From a bacterium (GTDB lineage Bacteria > Patescibacteriota > Microgenomatia > UBA1400 > UBA12108), in the NCBI GenBank assembly GCA_043827085.1, contig JBDRPO010000016.1, positions 42,752-106,751 on the forward strand: a DNA stretch of 64,000 nucleotides, given 5' to 3'. Position 1 is the first letter of the stretch. Each line of letters starts with the position of its first letter. The notes beneath the pieces were generated by a model. It searched no databases and was not told the DNA's origin. It was given only the letters and a program-made list of their open reading frames with translations. Below, piece after piece: positions 10,810 through 20,258 of the stretch. Made by a program: the position numbers and the translations under genes.

Positions 10810-10840
10810 AATATCACACACCCGGTGAGTGTGTGATATT
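10810..10840. repeat. 12-bp perfect hairpin next to the tandem repeat
   Basis: AATATCACACAC-CCGGTGA-GTGTGTGATATT. Confidence 0.85.
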
Positions 10841-10930
10841 TTCATACTTGACCTTTCCATTCGCCTTGATTGCGCTATAATATCTAAGTTCCATCATCAC
10901 TCGTTCACTTTATTTAGGAGATATAGTTCT

Positions 10931-11470
10931 ATGAAGATAATTTTGATTGGCATTCAGGGCTCAGGCAAATCCACGCAGGGCAATTTGTTATACGATAAAT
11001 TAAAACTTCCCTACCTCTCAAGTGGTCATATCTTCCGCGAAATGACCAAGGAAAAAACTCCTCTTGGTAGATATCTCAAAGAAACTCTCAACGCAGGCGC
11101 TTTAGTCTCAGATGAAAAAACCATTCCCATCATCGAAGAATACTTAGCCAAGCCCGAGTACCAAAAAGGCTACATCCTCGACGGTTTCCCTCGGACAACC
11201 AAACAAGCTCAAGAGTTTAGTAATGGTGTTGATAAAGTCATCCATCTCAAGGTTTCCGACAAAGAAGCTCTCTGGAGACTCTCTGGCCGCGTCGACGAAG
11301 GGGTAAGAGAAGATAACACCCTTGGGGCGATCCGCCAACGCATCAAACTTTTCCACGATGTCACTGAGCCAGTCCTCGATTTCTACCGCAGAGAAAACCG
11401 TCTCATTGAAGTTGATGGCGAGCGCGACATCGAGACCATCCATCAAGACATCATCTCGCAATTGAAGTAA
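10931..11470 (+). CDS. adk: Adenylate kinase (short-LID type)
   Basis: GIQGSGKST P-loop, SSGHIFR, ILDGFPRT; AGGAG RBS at 10916. Confidence 0.93.
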   Translation: MKIILIGIQGSGKSTQGNLLYDKLKLPYLSSGHIFREMTKEKTPLGRYLKETLNAGALVSDEKTIPIIEEYLAKPEYQKGYILDGFPRTTKQAQEFSNGVDKVIHLKVSDKEALWRLSGRVDEGVREDNTLGAIRQRIKLFHDVTEPVLDFYRRENRLIEVDGERDIETIHQDIISQLK

Positions 11471-11473
11471 TTT

Positions 11474-12229
11474 ATGAACAAGCTTGACGCGATGCAGACA
11501 GGTGGGAAAATCCTCGGCAAAGTCCGCCAACGCCTGTATGACTTTACCCAAGTTGGAGTCACTCCCAAACAAATCGAGTTTAAAGCTCGGGAACTCATCA
11601 AAGCCGAGGGTGGTGAATTAAGTTTTAGCAAAGTCCCCGGGTATCGCTGGGCCACTTGTGTTAATCTCAATAGTGGCATCGTCCACGGCATCCCGACGAG
11701 TGAACAACCTCTCAAGGACGGTGATCTCGTCACCGTCGACATTGGCGTCTATTACCGTGGGTTTCACACCGATGCTTGCTTTAGTAAGGTGGTAGGAACC
11801 TCTAATTCAGAAAAACAACGTTTTCTTAAAGCTGGTCTAGAGGGGCTCAAAAACGCTGTTGCCTCCGTCAAAACAGGGAATCGTATCGGCGATATCACCC
11901 TCGCCATGGACTCTACCCTGAAAAAGTATGGCTACTCTGGTACTCGTGAGCTGACCGGACACGGTGTGGGGCGGCAGCTCCACGAAGACCCCATGATTAG
12001 CAATGTAGTTCTCACTCCTCGCGACAAAACTCCTCTTATGGCCGTCGGCCAGACTCTTGCCATCGAAATTATTTATGTCCAGGGGAAACCTGGTCTCGTA
12101 CTCGAGGAAGATGGCTGGACAATTAGTGCTAAAGATGGTACACTTTCAGCCGTATTCGAAGAGACCGTCGTCGTAGAAGACGACGGCTGTTCTATTTTGA
12201 CCACTCCTACATTGTTTCAGATCGTTTAA
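11474..12229 (+). CDS. map: Methionine aminopeptidase type I
   Basis: VHGIP, DIG...HTD, GHGVG..LHEDP, AIE. Confidence 0.96.
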   Translation: MNKLDAMQTGGKILGKVRQRLYDFTQVGVTPKQIEFKARELIKAEGGELSFSKVPGYRWATCVNLNSGIVHGIPTSEQPLKDGDLVTVDIGVYYRGFHTDACFSKVVGTSNSEKQRFLKAGLEGLKNAVASVKTGNRIGDITLAMDSTLKKYGYSGTRELTGHGVGRQLHEDPMISNVVLTPRDKTPLMAVGQTLAIEIIYVQGKPGLVLEEDGWTISAKDGTLSAVFEETVVVEDDGCSILTTPTLFQIV

Positions 12230-12253
12230 TCTGGTACAATAATAAAATCAATT

Positions 12254-12493
12254 ATGAGCAAAGCCGGTGTCACAGAAAAGATCGGTACTGTCACTCAGGC
12301 TTTACCCAACACAATGTTTCGCGTCGCCCTCGATGAGGGGACCGAAATACTTGCGCATCTGTCTGGCAAAATGCGCATGTTTAGGATTAGCATCATGCCA
12401 GGTGACAAAGTTAAAGTTGAGATGACTCCATACGACACCACCAAAGGTCGTATTACTTATCGCGTACGCGAAGGTCAAGGGGCAACTATATGA
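12254..12493 (+). CDS. infA: Translation initiation factor IF-1
   Basis: [27 protein letters not shown]. Confidence 0.98.
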   Translation: MSKAGVTEKIGTVTQALPNTMFRVALDEGTEILAHLSGKMRMFRISIMPGDKVKVEMTPYDTTKGRITYRVREGQGATI

Positions 12494-12603
12494 AAGTACA
12501 GGCATCACTGCGCAAACGCTGTTTGAAGTGCAAATATGTGCGAAGAAAACGCGTCTTATTTATCGTGTGCGAAAACCCTCGCCACAAACAACGTCAAGGA
12601 TAA
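12490..12603 (+). CDS. rpmJ: 50S ribosomal protein L36 (absent from the ORF track)
   Basis: Manual translation [37 protein letters not shown]. Confidence 0.97.
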   Translation: MKVQASLRKRCLKCKYVRRKRVLFIVCENPRHKQRQG

Positions 12604-12606
12604 ATC

Positions 12607-13002
12607 ATGCTACGTTTAGTTGGAATTGATCTACCAGAAAATAAGCGTATTGAAGTTGCCTTGACCTACGTCTATGGCATTGGTCCCAAGATCTCCAAAA
12701 CCATTCTCACCAAAGCCAAAATCGACGTCAATCTCCGCGCCGTAGATCTCTCATCCGCGGACGTTGCCAAACTGCAAAAAATCATCGAAGAGTTCAAAGT
12801 CGAGGGAGATCTCAGGAAAGAAATCCGTGAAAATATCCAGCGCCTTAAACGCATTGGCAGCTACCGTGGTAGCAGACACTCTGCCGGTCTACCCGTGCGT
12901 GGTCAACGCACCCGCACCAACGCTCGTACCCTTCGCGGCAAGCGAAAAACGATCGGCGCCATGAAGAAAGAAGACGCCGCAAAAATAGGGGAAAAGAAAT
13001 AA
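12607..13002 (+). CDS. rpsM: 30S ribosomal protein S13
   Basis: ALTYVYGIG, GLPVRGQRTRTNART. Confidence 0.98.
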   Translation: MLRLVGIDLPENKRIEVALTYVYGIGPKISKTILTKAKIDVNLRAVDLSSADVAKLQKIIEEFKVEGDLRKEIRENIQRLKRIGSYRGSRHSAGLPVRGQRTRTNARTLRGKRKTIGAMKKEDAAKIGEKK

Positions 13003-13003
13003 T

Positions 13004-13375
13004 ATGGTAGCCAATAAAAACACCAAAAACGTGACTGACGGCCGCATTTATATCTTGGCGACTTTCAACAACACCATCGTGACCGTAACCGACACAAATG
13101 GTGGCGTCATAGGTTGGAGCTCAACCGGCAAAGTTGGCTTCAAGGGTTCCCGGAAGTCCACCCCCTACGCAGCTACCCAGGCAATCACCGCCGCAGTCGA
13201 TGCTGCAAAGGGCATGGGACTACGCCAAGCCGCCGTCTATATCAAAGGTCCTGGCCCAGGTCGCGACGCTGCCCTCCGAGTCCTTCGTGGGATTGGTATA
13301 AAAGTTACTGAAATGCTCGACGTGACACCTATTCCCCACAATGGTACAAGAGCTAAAAAACCGAGGCACGGATAA
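13004..13375 (+). CDS. rpsK: 30S ribosomal protein S11
   Basis: TFNNTIVT, GFKGSRKSTPYAA, DVTPIPHNG. Confidence 0.98.
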   Translation: MVANKNTKNVTDGRIYILATFNNTIVTVTDTNGGVIGWSSTGKVGFKGSRKSTPYAATQAITAAVDAAKGMGLRQAAVYIKGPGPGRDAALRVLRGIGIKVTEMLDVTPIPHNGTRAKKPRHG

Positions 13376-13376
13376 T

Positions 13377-13985
13377 ATGGCACGCTACACTGGACCAAAA
13401 AATAAAAAGGCTCGCCGCTTAGGTGTAGATTTAAATCTCAAATCTAACCCAAAATCGATCGAGCGCAGACTAAGTACTCCTCCAGGGGCTCACGGCCGCA
13501 AGGGAACCAGAAAAGTCTCCGATTATGGCGTCCAACTCGCCGAAAAACAAAAAGCCAAAATCTTGTACGGTATCCTTGAGCGTCAATTCCACAAATACTA
13601 CGTTGAAGCTTCTCGCGATCCTCTCGCAACCGGCGAAGTGATGCTGTCCCTTCTCGAGCGCCGTCTCGACAACTGTATCTATCGCCTCGGATTCGCTCCA
13701 ACCCGCGCGGCCGCTCGCCAACTAGTCGCACACGGCAACGTCACGGTGAACGGCAAAAAACTCAACATCCCCTCATACACAGTTCGCTTAAACGACGTGA
13801 TCTCCTTGACCGTTACCGGCAGCAAAATTCCCTATATTAAAGCCCGTCTTGAAAACAAAGATATTTTATCCGCTCCTTGGCTGGAGAAAAAAGCCATTGC
13901 GGGCAAGGTTTCTCGCTTGCCTGTAAGAAGCGACATCAATGAGGCTATTAACGAACAATTAATTGTGGAGTTTTATTCCCGTTAA
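13377..13985 (+). CDS. rpsD: 30S ribosomal protein S4
   Basis: ARYTGP, LERRLDN, ARQLVAHG, LIVEFYSR. Confidence 0.98.
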   Translation: MARYTGPKNKKARRLGVDLNLKSNPKSIERRLSTPPGAHGRKGTRKVSDYGVQLAEKQKAKILYGILERQFHKYYVEASRDPLATGEVMLSLLERRLDNCIYRLGFAPTRAAARQLVAHGNVTVNGKKLNIPSYTVRLNDVISLTVTGSKIPYIKARLENKDILSAPWLEKKAIAGKVSRLPVRSDINEAINEQLIVEFYSR

Positions 13986-14008
13986 TACGCTATATAAAGG
14001 GGGTCTGT

Positions 14009-14908
14009 ATGCAATCTATGAATTTCTCGGTGAAAACCATTGAAGAGAAAAACAACTATGGTGTCTTTGCGATCGAACCACTAGAAAATGGTCTGGGTCA
14101 CACCTTGGGCAACGCTCTTCGCCGCGTCCTTCTATCTAGTTTTCGTGGTGCCGCCATTACCGAAGTAAAAGTTGGTGGCGTAACTCACAAATTCTCGACC
14201 TTGGCCGGTCTCAGTGAAGATATGATTGATCTTATCCTCAACCTAAAATCTGTCAAAGTGGCCTACGATGGCGAGGAACCAGTAACTGCCAAGCTTAGTG
14301 TTAAAGGTCCCAAAATCGTCACCGCCCGCGACATCATCACTCCCGCGACTGTCAAAATCGTTAGTAGCGACGTGGTGATTGCCAACCTAAGTAAAGACAC
14401 CAAGCTTGAACTCGAGCTCACGATAGGTACTGGCTATGGTTACTCTCCCGCCGAGGAAAGACCAACTTCCACGATCGGAGCCATGTCAATTGACGCCATC
14501 TACTCTCCTGTCGAACGCGTCGCTTATAAAGTCGAGGCTACTCGTGTGGGTCGCCGCACGGACTACGACAAAGTAGTCATGGAGATTTATACCGATGGTT
14601 CAGAGCTCCCCTCCGTTGTCCTCAAAGAAGCCGCACGTATTCTCGTTGCAGCCTTCACTCAAATCGTCGAACCCAAAGAAGTTGTCGATTCGAATGTTGC
14701 CGCAACCATCTCTTCAAGCGTCCTCGTCGATGACCTAGGTCTCCCGACTCGTGTAGCAAATGCCCTCAAGGCTGCTGGCTACAAAACCGCCGCCGAGCTA
14801 GCTGGAGCAAGCGACAAAGATCTTAAAACCGTCAAAAATCTTGGTGGAAAATCCCTCGGATTGATCGACGAAGCTCTTGCTACCAAAGGTCTTACCCGCA
14901 CGAAATAA
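14009..14908 (+). CDS. rpoA: RNA polymerase alpha subunit
   Basis: EPLE.G.GHTLGNALRRVLLSS, DAIYSPV, alpha-CTD KNLGGKS. Confidence 0.98.
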   Translation: MQSMNFSVKTIEEKNNYGVFAIEPLENGLGHTLGNALRRVLLSSFRGAAITEVKVGGVTHKFSTLAGLSEDMIDLILNLKSVKVAYDGEEPVTAKLSVKGPKIVTARDIITPATVKIVSSDVVIANLSKDTKLELELTIGTGYGYSPAEERPTSTIGAMSIDAIYSPVERVAYKVEATRVGRRTDYDKVVMEIYTDGSELPSVVLKEAARILVAAFTQIVEPKEVVDSNVAATISSSVLVDDLGLPTRVANALKAAGYKTAAELAGASDKDLKTVKNLGGKSLGLIDEALATKGLTRTK

Positions 14909-14909
14909 T

Positions 14910-15419
14910 ATGAAAAAACACATCAGTGGTTACAAGCTCAATCGGGATTCAGAAGCGCGTCGAGCTCTGATGAAAAACCTGGTGTACTCGCTTATAAAGC
15001 ACGAGATGGTTATCACGACCAAAATCAAAGCCAAAGCAGTCACTCCCATTTTTGAGAAAATGATCACTCGCGCCAAGATTGATTCCGTCCAAAACCGCCG
15101 CATGATCCAAGCCTATATTCAAGAAAATGATCTTGTCCAGAAATTATTTGCGAGTATTGCCCCTCTTTATAAAGACGTCAAAGGTGGTTATACCAAACTG
15201 ACTTTGATTGGCAACCGTCGTGGCGACAACGCACCTTTGGTTAGACTATCGCTCACCAAACGTACCGTAGCCGCTGCCAAATCAGCTGCTCCTGCTGAAA
15301 CCGACAAAGCTAAATCCACCCCCAAACCAGCCGCCCCGAAACTCGTAGCTCCAAAAATTACCAAAGCCAGTACTGTTAAGTTAGCACCCGTTAGAGCTGG
15401 CAAAAGAGGTGACAAATGA
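14910..15419 (+). CDS. rplQ: 50S ribosomal protein L17 with Ala/Lys/Pro-rich tail
   Basis: ITTKIKAK, GGYT, RRGDNAP. Confidence 0.95.
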   Translation: MKKHISGYKLNRDSEARRALMKNLVYSLIKHEMVITTKIKAKAVTPIFEKMITRAKIDSVQNRRMIQAYIQENDLVQKLFASIAPLYKDVKGGYTKLTLIGNRRGDNAPLVRLSLTKRTVAAAKSAAPAETDKAKSTPKPAAPKLVAPKITKASTVKLAPVRAGKRGDK

Positions 15420-15844
15420 AAAAACAAACTTCCATGGTCAAAACTGCCGATATCAAACGTTCCTGGCATCTAGTGGACTGTCAGGGTCAGACCCTCGGTC
15501 GTCTCGCAACCAAAATTGTTGGCCTTCTGACCGGCAAGCGTAAAGTTGACTACACTCCTCACATGGATATGGGTGATTTTGTAGTCGTCGTGAACGCCGA
15601 GGGCGTCGTGCTCACTGGCAATAAACTATTGAGTAAACAATACTCTCGTCACTCCGGTCATCCCGGCGGCTTCCGCCAGGAATCAGCCGGCCGCCTGATG
15701 GATCGAGATCCCCGGAAAGTCATCGAGCACGCCGTCCACGGAATGCTAGCTAAAAATAAGCTCCAAGATCCCCGCATGTCTCGCTTAAAAGTGTACAAAA
15801 CTGCAACTCACCCTCATTCTTCACAATTTGAAAAAAAGGACTAA
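15416..15844 (+). CDS. rplM: 50S ribosomal protein L13
   Basis: LGRLAT, YTPHMDMGDFVVVVNA, HSGHPGG. Confidence 0.98.
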   Translation: MKKQTSMVKTADIKRSWHLVDCQGQTLGRLATKIVGLLTGKRKVDYTPHMDMGDFVVVVNAEGVVLTGNKLLSKQYSRHSGHPGGFRQESAGRLMDRDPRKVIEHAVHGMLAKNKLQDPRMSRLKVYKTATHPHSSQFEKKD

Positions 15845-15847
15845 TAT

Positions 15848-16294
15848 ATGGCTGAAAAAACCAAAAAAGCTATCAAAAAACCCAATTATACCTATGCTGT
15901 CGGGCGCAGAAAAACCGCTAATGCTCGTGTCCGCATCTATAATTCAGCTACTGTCCCAGGGTCAGACGGGGTTCAGATGACCGTCAACGGTAAACCAGCC
16001 GAAGTTTACTTCCCCGGTGAGACCGCCAAAGCCACTTACCGTAAACCCTTCATCATCACCGAGACTCTGACCAAGATGTCCGTCTCCGTCGTTGTCGCAG
16101 GATCAGGTAAAATGGGGCAGCTCGATGCTACCGTCCACGGCATTGCCCGCGCCCTCTCTCTTTTAGACCGCGACAAATATCGTGCCACCCTCAAAACTGC
16201 AGGGTTACTGACCCGCGACGCCCGCGCCAAACAGCGCCGCATGATCGGTACCGGCGGCAAGGCTCGTCGCACCAAGCAATCTCCGAAACGTTAA
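15848..16294 (+). CDS. rpsI: 30S ribosomal protein S9
   Basis: GRRKTANARV, HGIARAL, LLTRD, QSPKR. Confidence 0.97.
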   Translation: MAEKTKKAIKKPNYTYAVGRRKTANARVRIYNSATVPGSDGVQMTVNGKPAEVYFPGETAKATYRKPFIITETLTKMSVSVVVAGSGKMGQLDATVHGIARALSLLDRDKYRATLKTAGLLTRDARAKQRRMIGTGGKARRTKQSPKR

Positions 16295-16310
16295 TCTTTC
16301 TGTTCCCCTA

Positions 16311-16397
16311 AAGGTCTGACCTGCTAAGGAAATGCTGAGCTTGCCGAAGCATGTTTAGTCGACTTCAAAATGCAATCAGGAGACCAGGTCAGACCTT
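16311..16397. repeat. GGTCTGACC doublet element, copy 1 (REPIN/MITE-like)
   Basis: 13-bp terminal inverted repeat AAGGTCTGACCTG...CAGGTCAGACCTT; inner CTAAGGA...GTTTAGTCGA shared with copies 2 and 5. Confidence 0.9.
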
Positions 16398-16399
16398 AT

Positions 16400-16456
16400 T
16401 GAATTTAATCTAGTGAATTTAATCTAGTTGACATTCGGGTAGTGTTTGGTCATAGT
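16400..16456 (+). promoter_or_regulatory. Putative sigma70 promoter of recA with an upstream tandem 14-mer
   Basis: TGAATTTAATCTAG x2 (16400-16427), then TTGACA-17 nt-CATAGT. Confidence 0.55.
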
Positions 16457-16485
16457 AGATATAGAATAAGTTTATAGGAGGGTTT

Positions 16486-17541
16486 ATGGCTAAAGCATCA
16501 GACAAAGCAGAGAAAACAGTCGGCGCCAAAAGTAATCTTCAATCCGAGAAACTTCAGGCAATCAAAGTAGCCATGGAACAGATCGACAAGCAATTTGGCA
16601 CCGGCTCTATCATGAAACTTGGTACCTCTCACCACATGGATATTGACTCTATTCCCACTTCAGCCATGGCGCTCGACTTGGCGCTAGGTATCGGTGGCTT
16701 CCCCCGCGGTCGGATCACCGAGATCTACGGCCCCGAGGCCTCAGGCAAGACTACCGTCTGTTTGCATGTCATCGCCGAAGCCCAAAAGTGTGGTGGTACC
16801 GCGGCCTTTATCGACGCCGAGCACGCGCTTGATCCAGCCCGCGCCAAAGCCGTGGGAGTAAATCTTGACGAACTCCTGATTTCCCAGCCCGATACCGGCG
16901 AGCAAGCACTTGAAATTGCTGAGACTCTCATTCGCTCCGGCGCAGTCGATGTGATTGTGGTTGATTCTGTCGCGGCTCTCGTCCCTAAAGCCGAGATCGA
17001 AGGGGAGATGGGCGACGCCGTCATGGGTATGCAAGCCCGCCTCATGAGCCAAGCCCTCAGGAAGCTCACCGGCGCGATCAGTAAAAGCAATACCGTTATG
17101 ATCTTTACCAACCAGCTCCGCATGAAGATCGGAGTGATGTTTGGCAATCCAGAGACAACCGCCGGCGGACAAGCCCTTAAGTTTTATTCTTCTGTTCGGA
17201 TCGACATGCGCAAAATTGGCAACATTACCGAAGGAGAAATTATCATTGGTTCTCATCATCGCGCCAAAATTGTGAAAAACAAAGTTGCTCCTCCCTTTAA
17301 AATTGCCGAGTTTGACATTATGACCACAGGCGGTATCTCCAAGTCCGGTGGTGTGTTGGATGTTGCCGTCGAGCAGGGGATAATTGAGAAATCTGGCTCC
17401 TTCTTCAAATATGCGGGGGAGATGCTCGCGCAAGGCAGGGAAGCCACCAAACAAATTCTCGAAGAAAAACCCGAACTCATGAAAAAAATCGAGAGAGAAA
17501 TCTGGGACAAAATCAAAGCCGTCGAAAAAGCCGCTGCCTAA
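16486..17541 (+). CDS. recA: Recombinase RecA
   Basis: [34 protein letters not shown]. Confidence 0.99.
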   Translation: MAKASDKAEKTVGAKSNLQSEKLQAIKVAMEQIDKQFGTGSIMKLGTSHHMDIDSIPTSAMALDLALGIGGFPRGRITEIYGPEASGKTTVCLHVIAEAQKCGGTAAFIDAEHALDPARAKAVGVNLDELLISQPDTGEQALEIAETLIRSGAVDVIVVDSVAALVPKAEIEGEMGDAVMGMQARLMSQALRKLTGAISKSNTVMIFTNQLRMKIGVMFGNPETTAGGQALKFYSSVRIDMRKIGNITEGEIIIGSHHRAKIVKNKVAPPFKIAEFDIMTTGGISKSGGVLDVAVEQGIIEKSGSFFKYAGEMLAQGREATKQILEEKPELMKKIEREIWDKIKAVEKAAA

Positions 17542-18162
17542 ATGCCTACAATTACTCGTCTTGTTCAGGGCAAGAAAAACCAGAGTCGTGTAAACCTCTA
17601 TCTCGACGGTCAGTTTGCCTTTGCACTTGGGATTGATGAGGTTGGAAAGCGTGGCCTCAAAAAAGGTCTCGAACTTACAACTGAGCAAGTAAACACTCTT
17701 GTCGCCACCGATGAAGACAATAAAGTTTACGCCAAAATCCTTAACTTTCTCTCTTTTCGTCCCCGTACTATTAAAGAAGTCCGCGATCGACTTATTCGTT
17801 ACGATGTCAAAGATCCTATCAAGCAATATGCTCTCATCAATCGATTGAAAAATAGAGGATATCTCGATGACCTCGCGTTTGCCCGCTGGTTTATTGAGTC
17901 TAGAAATACCCACAAGCTCCGTTCTCCCCGCATGCTCGAGCTTGAGCTCAAACGTCACGGGGTAGGAGATGACACCATCTCCCAAGTTATCTCAACTGTC
18001 ACCGCTCCCGAGGATACTATTTATCGTCTCTTGAGCAAGAAGTTAGGGACTAAACATACTCTAACCACTCAAGAAAGACAAAAAATCTACGCTTATTTCT
18101 CTCGTCAGGGTTTTGTTTGGGAAAAAATTCGGGAGGTTGTCAAAAAGTGGGAATCAGAGTAA
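17542..18162 (+). CDS. recX: RecX family regulator
   Basis: LSFRPRT..E, GYLDDLAFA..FI, RQGF; directly after recA. Confidence 0.9.
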   Translation: MPTITRLVQGKKNQSRVNLYLDGQFAFALGIDEVGKRGLKKGLELTTEQVNTLVATDEDNKVYAKILNFLSFRPRTIKEVRDRLIRYDVKDPIKQYALINRLKNRGYLDDLAFARWFIESRNTHKLRSPRMLELELKRHGVGDDTISQVISTVTAPEDTIYRLLSKKLGTKHTLTTQERQKIYAYFSRQGFVWEKIREVVKKWESE

Positions 18163-18313
18163 AATAAAGCTACCTTTTAAGAAAGATATTACAAAAAACA
18201 TAAAAACATGACCAAACATATTTTCTCGACTTTCGTGAGTGAGGCTATCTAAGCCAGTTTTGTTGTTTTGGTAAGAATTTTCTTGACAGGGATAACAGTA
18301 TTTTAGGAGCTTT

Positions 18314-19816
18314 ATGAGTATATTACTTAAGTCACTGCTAGCTACTTTTCAACAATCAGGGAAACCCAAACCCCCTCAAGTCAAAGCCAAGCCAGCTGTA
18401 GCCAAAAAAGATGCGGTCAAAACAGTCAGTCCAGAACTTATCAAACAAGCCGAGAACACAGCAAAAGAGGTCCTGGCTTTTGCCCGCGAGGAAGCCGACA
18501 AAATCAGGGAAACCGCCAAAGTTGAGATGCGCGAACTCCAGAACACTCTGCGCACCCAAGAAGAGAAACTCCGGAAAACCGAAGATGACTTGGGTCACAA
18601 AAACTCTCAAATCTCTGCTCGTCTCGCCGAAATAGAAGAGACCAAACAAGCGATTCAAGAACTACAAGTAAAACAAGTCGAAAAACTCGAAAAAATTGGC
18701 GGACTCACCAAAGAAAAAGCCAAAGACATCCTCCTTGAAGCCGTCGACAAAAAGCTCGCTCGTGACGTGGCCGAGCGCATCCGCGCTGCCGAAGACGAGA
18801 TTAAAGAGACGGTCGACAACAAAGCTCGCGATCTCTTGATCGATGCCATGTATCACGGTTCAACAGAGTATGTTGCCGAGTTTACGATCTCCACCGTCAA
18901 GATAGCCGACGACGACGTCAAAGGTCGCATCATTGGTAAAGAGGGTAGAAACATCCGCACCTTTGAAAAAGTCACTGGAGTTGATATCGACATGGATGAG
19001 ACTCCCGGGGAAGTTCGCTTGTCCTGTTACGACGGGGTGCGTCGCGAGATTGCCCGCGTCGCCCTCGAGCGCCTCATTAAAGACGGTCGTATCCAACCAA
19101 CCCGCATCGAAGAATATGTCACCAAAGCCCGTCACGACATCGAAAAAATCATGTATGAGGAGGGTAAGAAACTCTGTCACATGGTTGGAGCCTACAACCT
19201 TCCCCAGGAACTGATCGCCATGTTGGGTAGGTTCAAATTCCGTTCCAGTTACGGCCAAAATATGCTGGCCCATACCCTAGAAGAAACCAGGATCGGCATG
19301 AATCTAGCCGCCGAAGTCCGCGCCAATGTTGATGTGGTGAAGCTTGGTTGTCTCTTCCATGATATCGGTAAAATAATTACCGAAGAAGAGGGTAGTCACG
19401 TCGAGCTCGGTGTAAAACTGCTCAAAAAACACAACATGCCACAAGCTGTCGTGAACTGCGTAGCCGAACACCACGAAGACATGGAGTTCTCGAGTAAAGA
19501 ATCTATCCTCGTCTACATCGCCGACGCAATCTCTGGCTCCAGGCCTGGCGCTCGCTACGAAAATGTCCAGGAATACACAACTAGGCTCAAAGCCATCGAA
19601 GACATCGCCATGAGTAAGTCTGGCGTGACCGAAGCTTACGCCATCTCGGCAGGACGTGAAGTGCGCGTGATGGTTGATCCAGGCAAGGCCAACGATGATG
19701 AAGCTGTGAGGCTAGCTTCTGATATCCGTGACGAGATCAAAGAAAAACTGACCTATCCAGGTACAGTCACTGTTACCGTCATTCGAGAAACTCGCGCCCA
19801 ACAAGTAGCTAAATAG
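18314..19816 (+). CDS. rny: Ribonuclease Y
   Basis: Coiled coil, KH motif GRIIGKEGRNIR, HD motif LFHDIGK, SGSRPGAR. Confidence 0.97.
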   Translation: MSILLKSLLATFQQSGKPKPPQVKAKPAVAKKDAVKTVSPELIKQAENTAKEVLAFAREEADKIRETAKVEMRELQNTLRTQEEKLRKTEDDLGHKNSQISARLAEIEETKQAIQELQVKQVEKLEKIGGLTKEKAKDILLEAVDKKLARDVAERIRAAEDEIKETVDNKARDLLIDAMYHGSTEYVAEFTISTVKIADDDVKGRIIGKEGRNIRTFEKVTGVDIDMDETPGEVRLSCYDGVRREIARVALERLIKDGRIQPTRIEEYVTKARHDIEKIMYEEGKKLCHMVGAYNLPQELIAMLGRFKFRSSYGQNMLAHTLEETRIGMNLAAEVRANVDVVKLGCLFHDIGKIITEEEGSHVELGVKLLKKHNMPQAVVNCVAEHHEDMEFSSKESILVYIADAISGSRPGARYENVQEYTTRLKAIEDIAMSKSGVTEAYAISAGREVRVMVDPGKANDDEAVRLASDIRDEIKEKLTYPGTVTVTVIRETRAQQVAK

Positions 19817-19877
19817 TCAAATTATTATTAATAATGTACTATGTACTAAGTACTATGTACACAACCGAAGGGAGTAT

Positions 19878-20153
19878 ATGAAGAAGTCCGATTACTACGA
19901 TATTATTGCCAAGTCCGCCCACATGACTAAAAAAACCGCCAAAGACGCGATCGACACGTTTTTGGGTGAAGTGGTAAAAACTTTGAAAAAGGGTGACAAA
20001 GTAGTTTTATCTGGTGTCGGGACACTTTCTATCGGCAAAGTCGGACCCAAAGATGTCGTCCCTTTCGGCAAAGCTGATAAACGTGTCACAGTGAAGTCTC
20101 ACCACGTCGTGAATTTCAAAGCCTCCAAGCCCCTCCGCAAGATAATCTGGTAG
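19878..20153 (+). CDS. HU family DNA-binding protein
   Basis: LKKGDKVVLSGVGT, FKASKPLR; 91 aa, basic. Confidence 0.9.
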   Translation: MKKSDYYDIIAKSAHMTKKTAKDAIDTFLGEVVKTLKKGDKVVLSGVGTLSIGKVGPKDVVPFGKADKRVTVKSHHVVNFKASKPLRKIIW

Positions 20154-20164
20154 TCCCGCTCCCA

Positions 20165-20241
20165 AAGGTCTGACCTGCTAAGGAGATCCCGACAAACAGT
20201 CGAGATGTTTAGTCGAACGCAGTGAGACCAGGTCAGACCTT
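20165..20241. repeat. GGTCTGACC doublet element, copy 2
   Basis: AAGGTCTGACCTG...CAGGTCAGACCTT. Confidence 0.9.
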
Positions 20242-20258
20242 AATGTATACTGAAGCCT

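Noticed and set aside
16434-16485. LexA/SOS box at recA
   Set aside because: No clear CTGT-N8-ACAG or GAAC-N4-GTTC match
16741-17985. 414-aa minus-strand ORF and the many other antisense or alternate-frame ORFs
   Set aside because: They are shadows of well-supported genes (recA/recX, ribosomal proteins) and show no recognisable motifs
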